Assembly: GCA_963760795.1 (NCBI GenBank)
Contig: CAVXEP010000031.1
Location: 32,001 to 96,000, forward strand
Length of the DNA stretch: 64,000 bases
Direction: 5' to 3'
From: an uncultured delta proteobacterium
GTDB taxonomy: Bacteria; Desulfobacterota; Binatia; UBA9968
The translations under genes and the position numbers were made by a program. The notes beneath the pieces were generated by a model that did not search any database, had not been told where the DNA came from, and saw only the letters and a list, made by a program, of their open reading frames with translations. Shown one piece after another: positions 37,827 to 47,720 of this stretch. Within the stretch, counting starts at the first letter, position 1. Each line of letters starts with the position of its first letter.

Positions 37827-40253
37827 CTAGAAAGTCCTCCGCTCTTTTTCCGGATTGTGATTGATCAGACGCCACACCGCCTCGGGTGTGATCGGCAGGT
37901 CGCAAACTTTCGCGCCGTAGGGTTGCAAGGCATCCTCGACTGCACTGGCGATGGCGGCGGGCGAGGGGATCGCCGCGCCTTCGCCGGCGGCCTTTTGCCC
38001 AAGCGGCGTGAACGGCGAGGGCGAAGGCTGGTGGACGACTTCGACGCGCGGAGTTTCCGCGGTGGAGCATTTGCCGTAGTCGAGATAGGTGATGGTCAAC
38101 GGTTGGCCTTCCGGGCTGTACATGAAGCCTTCGCCCAGGGCGACGGCGATGCCATGAGCAGCTGAGCCGTAGACCTGGCCGTTGACGACATCGGGATTGA
38201 TCACCGTGCCGTTGTCGCCGACGATCAAATAGCGCAGCACATGCACCGAGCCGGTGTTTTTGTCGACTTCGACAATCGCCGCATGGGCGCCGGCGGAAAA
38301 GGTAAACTGCGCGCGTACTCTTCGGTCGGCGCCGGGCACGATGTTCGGTTTGGCATGGGGAAACATGTAGTAGAAGGTCGCCTCAAGCCCTGGTTCCATA
38401 TCGTCGGGGATCAGATGCTGGTTGTTGTAGGCGATGCGGCCCAACTCGGCGAAGGTGATTTGCTTCGCTGCCGCGCCGGGCACTTTCACTACGCTGTCTT
38501 CAATCGTCAGTTCGGACGCCTCGACTTTCAGATTAAACGCTGCGAGCTTGAGAACTTTCTCGCGCAGCTTGGTCGCCGCGCCGTGGATCGCGCCAATGTC
38601 GTAGAGATGGAAATTGTTGCCGCTATTGGCCGCGGCCACGCCCCAGGAGGACAGATCGCTATCGAAGGGGATACTGGTGCTGAATCTGTCCGGTGTCGAG
38701 CCGAGGATATCGGCGGCGACTTGCGCGGTGGTCGTTTCATGGGCCTGGCCGCAGTTTGGCGAACCTAAATGAAGCGACAGCGTGCCGTTCTTTTCCAGCT
38801 TGATTTTCGCGCCGTTGACGCCGCCGGAGCCGGGCGGTTCTTTCATCTCGGGAAAGATCGCCATATCGCGCGCCGCATTGCGTCCGCCGGGCTCGACACC
38901 GACGACGATGCCGATGCCGATCAGCTTGCCTTGTTCGCGCGCTTGCTTTTGCTCTGCGCGCAACTTGTCGTAGTCGATTTTCTCTAAAAGGGTTTTTAGC
39001 AGGCCGGGGTAATCGCCGCTATCGTAGACGTTGCCGCTGATGGTCGTGTACGGCATCTCGTTGGCCTGGATGAGATTTTTCCGGCGCACTTCTATGGGGC
39101 TCAAGTTGAGCGCCTGGGCGACCCGGTCCATCATCCGTTCCCAGATGAAACACATGCCCGGCTTGCCGATGCCGCGGTTGGGGATCACCGGACATTTGTT
39201 GGTTACCACCGCGTTGCCTTCCATGTAGATCGCCGGTGTCTTGTAGGTGTTCGACAGATTGTTGAGCTTGTTGGTGAAGTGAATCGTCAGCGTGCTGATG
39301 GAGCCGCCGACATCATCATATTCTTTAAATTTAAGACCCAACACCGTGCCATCGTTCTTCACCGCCGCTTCAGCTTCGATTTCCTGGGCGCAGGCATGGC
39401 CGCCGGCCATCATGTGTTCCGTCCGGTCCTCGATCCATTTCACCGGCCTGCCGGTTTTCATCGCCAACAGCGACACCAGCACGACGTACTTGCGGATTAA
39501 ATGAATCTTTTGGCCGAAGCCGCCGCCGACATCGGGGATGATCACGCGGATGTCTTGCAGCCCGAGGGCTTCGCGCAGGCCGTCGTAGATCACTTCCGGC
39601 ACCTGAGCGGTCACCCAGACGGTAAGCCGTTTGCTCGCCGCGTCGAAGGACGCGATGACGTTGAACGGTTCCAGCGGCGTCGAGCTGTAACGATGAATTT
39701 TTAATGTCTCGGTAACGACACGGTCGGCAGATTTAAACGCCGCGTCGATGTCGCCATATTGCAGCGAGCCGGTCCAAGCCAGGTTGCTGCCGAGCTCGTC
39801 GAACAATGCAGCCGACGAAGGTTTGATCGCTTCGTGGACATCGACGTTGGGGCGCAGCGGCTCGTAGTTGACTTGGATTAATTCGAGGGCATCTTCCGCC
39901 GTGCCGCGATCCCACGCCGCCACCGCGCCGATCGGCTCGCCGACGTAACGAACTTTGTCCACCGCGCCGGCGTACTCGTCAATTGGTCTTTTCAAACCAG
40001 CGGCGTAACGGCCGGGTTTGAATGGCTTGGTGAGTTTCTTGACATCATCGGGTGTGATCACCGCGAAGACGTTGGGATGGGTCAGCGCCTCGGACGGATC
40101 GACGGAAAGTATTTTTGCATGGGCGTGAGGACTGCGCAGGATCATCGCCTGGAGCATGCCCGGCATGGTGAAATCGTCGGTGAAAAGACCGCGGCCAGTG
40201 ACATGGCGCGGTCCTTCTTTGCTGCGCGAACGGTTGCCTACGAACTTAGCCAT
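37827..40253 (-). CDS. xanthine-oxidase family molybdopterin-binding large subunit
   Basis: RSPHAHA, VGGGFGQK, GQAHETT.AQ, GQVYG, KAAGE; active-site loop PNRGIG. Confidence 0.92.
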   Translation of the reverse strand: MAKFVGNRSRSKEGPRHVTGRGLFTDDFTMPGMLQAMILRSPHAHAKILSVDPSEALTHPNVFAVITPDDVKKLTKPFKPGRYAAGLKRPIDEYAGAVDKVRYVGEPIGAVAAWDRGTAEDALELIQVNYEPLRPNVDVHEAIKPSSAALFDELGSNLAWTGSLQYGDIDAAFKSADRVVTETLKIHRYSSTPLEPFNVIASFDAASKRLTVWVTAQVPEVIYDGLREALGLQDIRVIIPDVGGGFGQKIHLIRKYVVLVSLLAMKTGRPVKWIEDRTEHMMAGGHACAQEIEAEAAVKNDGTVLGLKFKEYDDVGGSISTLTIHFTNKLNNLSNTYKTPAIYMEGNAVVTNKCPVIPNRGIGKPGMCFIWERMMDRVAQALNLSPIEVRRKNLIQANEMPYTTISGNVYDSGDYPGLLKTLLEKIDYDKLRAEQKQAREQGKLIGIGIVVGVEPGGRNAARDMAIFPEMKEPPGSGGVNGAKIKLEKNGTLSLHLGSPNCGQAHETTTAQVAADILGSTPDRFSTSIPFDSDLSSWGVAAANSGNNFHLYDIGAIHGAATKLREKVLKLAAFNLKVEASELTIEDSVVKVPGAAAKQITFAELGRIAYNNQHLIPDDMEPGLEATFYYMFPHAKPNIVPGADRRVRAQFTFSAGAHAAIVEVDKNTGSVHVLRYLIVGDNGTVINPDVVNGQVYGSAAHGIAVALGEGFMYSPEGQPLTITYLDYGKCSTAETPRVEVVHQPSPSPFTPLGQKAAGEGAAIPSPAAIASAVEDALQPYGAKVCDLPITPEAVWRLINHNPEKERRTF

Positions 40254-40719
40254 TTTTCATTCCCTTTGCCGCTTCCTTGACCGCGTCGACGATCTGCACA
40301 TAGCCGGTGCACATGCACAGATTGCCGGCTAGAGCTTTGCGGATCTCGTCTTCCGATGGATCGGGGTTTTTCTGCAACAGCGCATGGCTAGTCATGACCA
40401 TTCCAGGCGTACAATAACCGCACTGAAACGCATAATTCTTGACGAACGCTTCCTGGACTGGATTAAGCTCGCCGTCCTTGGCCAAGCCTTCGATGGTGGT
40501 GATCTCCCGCCCGTCGGCTTGGACGGCGAAGTGCAGGCAAGATTTGACAACTTTGCCGTCCATCAAAATCGAACATGCGCCGCACTCGCCGATGACGCAG
40601 CCGACATGAGTGCCGGTGAGGCCGATGGTCTCGCGCAGAAAATGGGCAAGCAAGATGCGTGGCTCGACCTCATCTTCGTACCGCCGGCCATTGATAGTGA
40701 CACGTATGCTTCGTTTCAT
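40246..40719 (-). CDS. Mo-hydroxylase 2x[2Fe-2S] subunit (CoxS-like)
   Basis: GC..GECGAC, QCGYCTPG, NLCMCTGY. Confidence 0.93.
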   Translation of the reverse strand: MKRSIRVTINGRRYEDEVEPRILLAHFLRETIGLTGTHVGCVIGECGACSILMDGKVVKSCLHFAVQADGREITTIEGLAKDGELNPVQEAFVKNYAFQCGYCTPGMVMTSHALLQKNPDPSEDEIRKALAGNLCMCTGYVQIVDAVKEAAKGMKNG

Positions 40720-41039
40720 AAGGCCGGAGAATATCTGTAGAGATTCAGTGAATCAAGCTTGGCATCTCCCGTGTCTTTTCCAGCCATCCATTCGAACACG
40801 CGCGTAAGGCCGTCCGCGTCTTCGCCGGCTGCGTCGAAAAACCCGTTGTCATAAATCATCCAGTATGAAGCTGGCCCGAGACGATTTTGGCCGTTCCGTT
40901 AAGTCCACTCATGAACTAGCGAATACTAATTCACTACCCTTACGTGGACCCGGCGTGAGCGTTGGGATTTTGTTGTGCCAGCGTGGTATTGATAGAACCT
41001 TAGAGTTGATTCATGAACTTATAGTATGGAGGCACTACA

Positions 41040-41171
41040 ATGAACCAGAATGCTAAACGTAACTTGCAACGGCGTAAGCGCCAAGCGGCGCGGGTGTCTA
41101 ATCGAGAGTATTTTAAGCAAAAAAAGGAACTCACCAATACCGTGCCTGCCACAAAGGCCAAAGTGGCGTAA
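41040..41171 (+). CDS. small basic protein, 43 aa, not in ORF track
   Basis: GGAGG at 41028-32; MNQNAKRNLQRRKRQAARVSNREYFKQKKELTNTVPATKAKVA. Confidence 0.55.
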   Translation: MNQNAKRNLQRRKRQAARVSNREYFKQKKELTNTVPATKAKVA

Positions 41172-41295
41172 TTCTCCGTTTGCTCAGCGACGATCAGGCA
41201 AATCGGGCAACGCACCGGGCGGGACCTGCGCGAGCGTTGATCCAAGAATCAAGTCAGTGGCCTACCAAGGGAGCTTGGAGTGGGGTCAGCCATCT

Positions 41296-42225
41296 TCACG
41301 TTTTTGGGCGTTTGCTATGGCTATCGACCGTGCGGGTTGCTTGCCGGATCGATCGAAGATTAGCGGCAAAAGCAGCCACCGCAAGCACAGAGAACGCGCC
41401 ACCGATCATCAAAGTCCTGGGCGTGCCAACTGAGTGGGCAATGACACCGAACAATAGGCTGCCCAATGACTCGATACCGCGGCGTGCCATGACAAAGAGA
41501 CTCATGACCCTGTCACGCTTCTGGTCTTCGACGATGCTCTGGACGATGGTGTTGCTCGATGCCATCTGCATCATCAAGGAGACCCCTAGCGCCAGAGCGA
41601 TAATCAATGCCATCGCCAGCGATCGCGTGAACGACAAAGCTATCAGGCCGACGCCATAAATGGCGCCGGCGATCACAATAATCTCGGCCAGCCCTTTGAG
41701 ACGCCTGCGTGAGGCGAGAAATATTGCGCCGCCCAGAGCGCCGACGCCGGTGGCGGACATCAGGTAGCCGAAGACTCGAGGGCCTCCGCGCAAGATGTCT
41801 TCGGCAAATACCGGCATGAGCAGCGTGTAGGACGCGGCGATAAGACTGACCGCCGCGACCAGCATTAAGATTGATCTTATGGGCACCGAAGCGAAGGTAT
41901 ACGCGGCGCCTTCCAGGATCGCCGCCTTAAAATCAAGCGGACTGGCGGAATATGTCTTTTCCGGGATTTTCATCAGGAACAGCGCGCCCAAGACTGCCAG
42001 ATAACTCAAGCTATTGAGAGCAAAACAGGGCCCCTCTCCGACCACGGCGATGAGGATGCCGGCGACGGCGGGGCCTACAAGTAGTGCGCCGTTAAAAACG
42101 AAAGAGTTTAATGCGATGGCATTGGAAAGGTTCTCTCTTTCCTCGATGATATCGACAATGAAGGCTTGGCGCTTGGTAATATCGAAGGCGCTGACGACGC
42201 CAAGGAGTCCGCCGAGAACGAGCAC
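41296..42225 (-). pseudogene. MFS transporter lacking its N-terminal helices
   Basis: RQAF..D.....NAIALNS, GP..AG and C-terminal MFS motifs are present; only 309 aa, with no room for the N-terminus before 42325. Confidence 0.65.
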
Positions 42226-42324
42226 ATGCCGCCGGGCTCAGAGCACGCTCACTGGGTCGAATCCCCACAGCTTGCTGCGTGGTAGGCAAGACCCGGTGGT
42301 CGGGAAATTATTTGGTGAGAAAGC

Positions 42325-43185
42325 TCAACCGGCGCGCGCTATTGCTTCGTTCGCGGCGCGGGGGACCAAGACTTTCACAAGCTCGCGTTTGTACTCGGCA
42401 GAGCCACGATTGTCGTCGGTGGGATCGCATTCGCTGGCGGCGATTTCGCCCATTTCGCGCAATCGTTCATCATTGATGGCTTTGCCGCGCAAAATCGCTT
42501 CGGCTTTCTGAGCGTGAACTATCGTCGAGGAAACCGAATTGAGGCCGAGCCGCACATCCTCGCAGATGCCATCCATTGTTCGCACAGTGATCGCCACACC
42601 GACCGTGGCGAAATCTTCGACACTGCGCGGCGTGAATTTGATATGCGACCAGCCCTGGCGGGTCGCCGGCGGGACGTGGATTTCGGTTAACAGTTCGCCG
42701 GGCTCCATGGCGGTTTGATAGTAGTCGATGAAAAACTCGTCCAACCGCAGTGTGCGCCGCCCCTTGCTACTGGTTAGCGTCACCTCGGCATCGAGAGCGA
42801 TCAGGCTGGCACCTGGATCGGTCAGCGGATCGCCGGCGGCGAGGTTGCCACCGACGGTACCCATGTTGCGGATGCGCGGCTGAGCCACCTTACGAAAAGT
42901 TTCGTGGAGCAGCGGATAATGCTGCTGCACGGCTTTGGAAAGTTCGACGTCACGATGGCGCGCACCAGCGCCGATGCGCAGGCCGTCTTTGGCGTTGTAG
43001 CTGATTTTGTCAAACTTCGGCAGCCGCGCCAGGCTGATGACCACTTTTGGGGTGAGCAAACGCTGGCGCATCATGATGATCAACGAAGTGCCGCCGGCAA
43101 TGACCCGGCCGTCGTCGCCATGCTTTTCCATCAAAGCGAAGACTTTTTTCAGCGTCGTCGGTTCCTGGTAGTCGAAACGGATCAT
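42325..43185 (-). CDS. Mo-hydroxylase FAD-binding subunit
   Basis: IAGGTSL, RIRNMGTVGGN, D.RGSAEYK. Confidence 0.92.
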   Translation of the reverse strand: MIRFDYQEPTTLKKVFALMEKHGDDGRVIAGGTSLIIMMRQRLLTPKVVISLARLPKFDKISYNAKDGLRIGAGARHRDVELSKAVQQHYPLLHETFRKVAQPRIRNMGTVGGNLAAGDPLTDPGASLIALDAEVTLTSSKGRRTLRLDEFFIDYYQTAMEPGELLTEIHVPPATRQGWSHIKFTPRSVEDFATVGVAITVRTMDGICEDVRLGLNSVSSTIVHAQKAEAILRGKAINDERLREMGEIAASECDPTDDNRGSAEYKRELVKVLVPRAANEAIARAG

Positions 43186-45461
43186 GATTTTTTCTCCCGC
43201 AGGGCGCGGAGAATTTTCTCAGGCGTGATCGGCAGAGTTTTTACCCGCACGCCGACGGCGTCGAAGATGGCATTATTGATGACCGCCGCAGTGGGGTCCA
43301 TGTTCAGTTCGCCTAACCCTTTGGCGCCAAAGGGTCCTGTGGGTTCGTAGGAGTCGGCGAAGGCATGCTGTAACGGCGGCATGTCGCGCATGGAGGGAAT
43401 ACGGTAATCGGAAAAATTGGGATTGAGCGGCCGGCCTTCATCGATCTGCAAACCTTCGGTTAGCGCGTAGCCGATGCCTTGGGCCAAGCCGCCCTCGACC
43501 TGGCCTTCGGCGCCGATGGGATAGATCACAGTGCCGCAGTCGGAGGCAACGACCATTTGTAATACTTTAACCTGGCCGGTTTGCGGGTCGACATGGACTT
43601 GCGCCGCTTGCACGCCGTAATTGTAAGCGCCCGACTCGTTACCGAAGCGCGTGCTGTCCGGGAGCACGGAGTCGGCGTCGAAACTGCCGGAACCGACAAT
43701 CGGCGCGCCGTTATGGCGGAATAAGCGCGCGCGGGCGACATCGGAGACGGTCACCGCCTTGCCTTCGGCGCCTTTGACGAAAATCCTGCCGTCGCGTGAT
43801 ATCAAGTCGGCGGCGTTGGCCTCCAACATCTCGGCGGCTTGCTCGAAAAGTTGCTGTTTGACGTTGGTGGCGGCGTTCTTGACCGCGTTGCCACTGACAT
43901 AGGTCAAGCGGCTGGCGAAAGCGCCCAAACAGAATGTCGTCAGATCGGTGTCGGCGCGGGAGATTTCCACGTCCTCCACCGGCACGCCCAACTCTTCGGC
44001 GGCGATCTGGCACATTGCCGTGTGCACGCCCTGACCGCATTCGCCTTCGCCGCTCAGAATCAGCGCCTTGCCATCTTCGTTGATCTTGATGGTCGCCGAG
44101 CTGCCGTCGTAATCACCGAAATGGCGCTTGCCGCTGACGTGCACCGTGCAGGCCAAGCCCAAGCCCGTGTTTGGCGTTTTGTTGGCGCGCTTGGCTTTCC
44201 AGTCGATCATCTGCTCAGCCATGTCGAGACATTGCTTGAGCTCGCAGCTGGTGACGCGATTGCCATGGGGCGAGACGTAGCCGGCTTCTGCGGCGTTGAT
44301 TCGGGCTATCTCCAACGGATCGATGCCGAGCGCGTGGGCGCCCAAATCGATGGCTTGCTCCACCGCCCATTCCGCCGATGGATTGCCGAAGCCGCGGAAG
44401 GCGCCGGTGGGGATCTTGTTGGTATAGATCAGCTTGGCTTCGAGCTTGACGTCGGAGTACTTGTAGCAGGTGTCATGGCGCATCGCCGCGACGCCGGTGA
44501 TCGCCGGCGCCTTGGCCGAGTAGGCGCCGTTGTCGGCGATGACGTTCAATTCTTTGGCACGGATGCGACCGTCTTTTTTGAACCCCAACTTGACGTTGAT
44601 CTTCATGAATACCCGCGGCCGGCAACCGGCGAGAAACTCTTCCTCGCGCGTGTTAATGACGCGCACCGGCTTACCCGCCTTGCGCGCCAGCACGGCGCAG
44701 ACTAAAGCATTGTTATCGTCGCAGGACTTGCCGCCGAAACCGCCGCCCACGGCACTCTGAATAATCCGCACGTCGGTCTCGGGCACGCCGAGAGCCGTAG
44801 CGATGCGATAGCGCGCGTTGAACAACGTCTGGGTATTCATGTAGATCGTGTATTTGCCGCTGGGCGCATACTCGACCACGCTGCCGATGGTTTCGATGGC
44901 GCAGTGCCACTGCGGCATACTGGTGAAGGTGTCCTCGACGATGATGTCCGAGTCGGCGAAGGCTTGAGCGATGTTGCCCCGTTCCAAGTCCAAGTGCATG
45001 GCGATGTTGTTGGGCTTGTCGTCATGCACCAATGGCGCGCCGTCTTGCATCGCTTCCTCGGCGTCGAACACACCGGCCAAGGGCTCCCAATCCACTTCGA
45101 TCAAATCCAGCGCCTCCTCGGCGATGTCCGGATCGATGGCCGCCACCGCGGCGACCTCTTCGCCGACATAGCGGGTCTTGCCAACAGATAGAATATATTG
45201 GTCGGCGAAAAACGCGCCCCAGGGTTTTTTGAGAGTGTCTTCGGCGGTGACCACTGCGCGCACGCCGCGCAGCTTCTCGGCCTTGCTGGTGTCGATGGCG
45301 CGGATGCGCGCGTGGGGGTAGGGACTGCGCAAGATTCTGCCGGTAAGCATGCCGGGCAAATGAATGTCGGCGATGAACTTCGAATCGCCGGTGACTTTGT
45401 CGAAGCCCTCGACGCGCTGAACGCGCTTGCCAACGACGGAGAAGTTTTCTGATTTAGCCAT
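43182..45461 (-). CDS. xanthine-oxidase family molybdopterin-binding large subunit (4-hydroxybenzoyl-CoA reductase / nicotinate dehydrogenase-like)
   Basis: RSPYPHA, VGGGFGGK, GAFRGFG, GQVEGG, GAKGLGE. Confidence 0.92.
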   Translation of the reverse strand: MAKSENFSVVGKRVQRVEGFDKVTGDSKFIADIHLPGMLTGRILRSPYPHARIRAIDTSKAEKLRGVRAVVTAEDTLKKPWGAFFADQYILSVGKTRYVGEEVAAVAAIDPDIAEEALDLIEVDWEPLAGVFDAEEAMQDGAPLVHDDKPNNIAMHLDLERGNIAQAFADSDIIVEDTFTSMPQWHCAIETIGSVVEYAPSGKYTIYMNTQTLFNARYRIATALGVPETDVRIIQSAVGGGFGGKSCDDNNALVCAVLARKAGKPVRVINTREEEFLAGCRPRVFMKINVKLGFKKDGRIRAKELNVIADNGAYSAKAPAITGVAAMRHDTCYKYSDVKLEAKLIYTNKIPTGAFRGFGNPSAEWAVEQAIDLGAHALGIDPLEIARINAAEAGYVSPHGNRVTSCELKQCLDMAEQMIDWKAKRANKTPNTGLGLACTVHVSGKRHFGDYDGSSATIKINEDGKALILSGEGECGQGVHTAMCQIAAEELGVPVEDVEISRADTDLTTFCLGAFASRLTYVSGNAVKNAATNVKQQLFEQAAEMLEANAADLISRDGRIFVKGAEGKAVTVSDVARARLFRHNGAPIVGSGSFDADSVLPDSTRFGNESGAYNYGVQAAQVHVDPQTGQVKVLQMVVASDCGTVIYPIGAEGQVEGGLAQGIGYALTEGLQIDEGRPLNPNFSDYRIPSMRDMPPLQHAFADSYEPTGPFGAKGLGELNMDPTAAVINNAIFDAVGVRVKTLPITPEKILRALREKKS

Positions 45462-45491
45462 GATTGATGCGCTCGCGGTTTTCTCGGATTA

Positions 45492-45576
45492 TCTCGCGCC
45501 AAGGACGTCAAGGGCGCAAAGCAAAACTTATGGGTACCTTTCCGAAGTTGGTGTTCTTTGCGCACTTGGCGCGAGA
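45492..45576. repeat. palindromic element of the CGCAAAG/CTTTGCG family inside the operon
   Basis: tctcgcgccaag...gcgcaaag ... ctttgcgcacttggcgcgaga. Confidence 0.7.
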
Positions 45577-45596
45577 CATTATCGCGTCGAGATGAA

Positions 45597-46148
45597 TCAG
45601 CTCGTTTTCGCAACCGGTTTATAAACGTCCAAGCTCTGAATCTTCGCGGTCGTCTCGCGCTTGCGAAAAGCGTAGTCGGGATCGGTCTTGCCATCGACCA
45701 CCGCCATCACCGATTCGAGAATTTTATAATATCCCGTGCAGCGGCACAGGTTGCCCGACATCCATTCTTTGACTTCTTCTTCGCTGGGTTTAGCGTTTTC
45801 GTCGAGCAAGGCTTTGGCAGCCATGATCTGGCCCGGAGTGCAGATACCGCACTGGAAACCGCCGTATTCGATAAACGCCTGCTGGAGCGGATGGAGCTTG
45901 CCGTCCTTCGCCAAACCTTCGATGGTTTCGATCTTCTTGCCCTCGCAGCCGGCGGCTAGAGTCAGACACGAACTGACCAAGCGGCCATCGAGGATCACGC
46001 TGCACGCGCCGCACACACCGATGCTGCAACCTTCCTTGGTTCCAGTGAGATCCAGAGTGTCGCGCAGCACTTGCAGCAACAGCCGATTGGCTTCGACTTC
46101 AACTTCATAGTTTTGGCCGTTGACGGTGAGCGTCAATTGCTTTTTCAT
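45597..46148 (-). CDS. Mo-hydroxylase 2x[2Fe-2S] subunit
   Basis: GC..GVCGAC, QCGICTPG, NLCRCTGY; start could also be 46160. Confidence 0.92.
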   Translation of the reverse strand: MKKQLTLTVNGQNYEVEVEANRLLLQVLRDTLDLTGTKEGCSIGVCGACSVILDGRLVSSCLTLAAGCEGKKIETIEGLAKDGKLHPLQQAFIEYGGFQCGICTPGQIMAAKALLDENAKPSEEEVKEWMSGNLCRCTGYYKILESVMAVVDGKTDPDYAFRKRETTAKIQSLDVYKPVAKTS

Positions 46149-46557
46149 GTCGGCGAACATAGCCTGAGTCGGCGACGGTTTCAATGTTGCAAGTGTGCAA
46201 AAGCGGGGGAGGCGCGCGGCGGTGCTATCGGAAGTTCCACGCGCAGTTAGATTTCTCGATGAGTGCTCTGCCTAGTGATTGGGCAAGCTGCTCGCAAAAT
46301 CGGCACGCGATACTGCTAGATTTTTTCGATCCCATGGCGAACTTGCGTATATCCTAGGTATATCTATTCCGAATCGATGGTTCATTAAAAAATACGATAT
46401 TGGCCCGCAGCTTGCTCTCTATCCTTCCTGAAACTTTTTACTAGACTGGCGATTCAGGTATGATATAGCCGCTAATTAAGCGGGCTTAGCGTGCCATTAT
46501 CCTGATCGTCAAGATTTATCCTGAAACACAGTGCCGGGCGTGGACAAGGAGATCGAC

Positions 46558-47630
46558 ATGACGAACAAAAAGCTGCCGTGCTTAATCCTGGCGCTGATCG
46601 CGCTTGCCAGTCTCAATGTCCAGTCAACGAGCGTGCTCGCGCAAAGCACCCGCGCCACTGACCCGAGCTTCGAAAAGCTCGCCAAAGAGTTATATCCGAA
46701 AGCAAAAAAAGAAGGTTCGTTGGTGGTCTATACGATTTGGGATATCGAGCATATCCGCTCGATCCTGGCGGCTTATAACAAACGATTTCCGGACATCAAT
46801 ACTAGCTATTGGCAGGGCACTCGCTCCGAGATCATCGCCCGCACCTTGACCGAATTTCAAGGCGACCAGAAAAGCACGACGTGATTCTCAGCGAAGGCGC
46901 GCCGGTGGTGCTGCGCGCCGCGGGGGCGATCGAGCCGTACAACACCGTGCAAGCCGGCGCGCTGCTGTTGCACGACCCGACACTGCCGACGGTGAGCCTG
47001 CAGATCATGGCGCTTTCCTACAATACCAAAAAGCTTAAAGCCGAAGAGCTGCCGAAAAGCTGGGAGGATGTGATCAATCCCAAATATAAAGCGATGGTGG
47101 CGCTCGACGATCCACTGCGGGCTGGGCCGTTGAGCGGATTGCTCGCGGGAACGAAGGAGTACTGGAAAGACGATGCGCGCTGGGCCAAATTTATTCGCGG
47201 CCTCAAAGCGCTCAATGTCACGGTGCATAAAAGCACCAGCGCGATGTTTCGCCTATTGATTGCCGGCGAATATTCCATCGCTATGCCTTCGCTTCTGCAC
47301 GACGTGGTCGAAGAGAAAGAAAAGGGCAGTCCGGTAGACTACGTGAGAAGCGCTGCCCCGATTATTTCGGCGCAACAGTTGGGCATCTACGGCAAAGCGC
47401 CGCATATCAACGGCGCCAAACTATTCGCCGAGTGGATGATCGCGCCGGAGGGACAGATGGCGGTGGCGGCAGTGGGACGGGAAGTGTCGCGCAAAGGAAT
47501 GAAATCCAAAGCGTCGGTCGAGAGCGCGTGGGGCAGCAAGGTTAAACCGATCCCGCTCATCAATAGCGCGTATTCCGAAGACCCGCGCAAGTGGCTCGAT
47601 GCCAACGTCAAGCCCTTGTGGGAAAACTAA
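46558..47630 (+). CDS. extracellular solute-binding protein, Fe3+/thiamine ABC type, frameshift near 46878
   Basis: AAGGAG RBS, signal peptide, YNT...LPKSWED, APH.N.AKLF..W. Confidence 0.85.
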
Positions 47631-47720
47631 CAGTGAAATGCTGCATGCGAGCTGGGAGCCGTAAAAGTGTCGAACGAGTGCCATCCGGTGAGGCTTCGCA
47701 ATGCTTAAAGCAAAAGAGCG

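Noticed and set aside
40720-41039. Moco or other riboswitch in the long leader regions (also 46150-46557)
   Set aside because: I could not recognise a conserved aptamer by eye; an Rfam/Infernal scan would be needed
36965-46148. Aerobic CO dehydrogenase
   Set aside because: Neither large subunit has AYxCSFR or AYxGAGR, and no coxDEFG accessory genes are present
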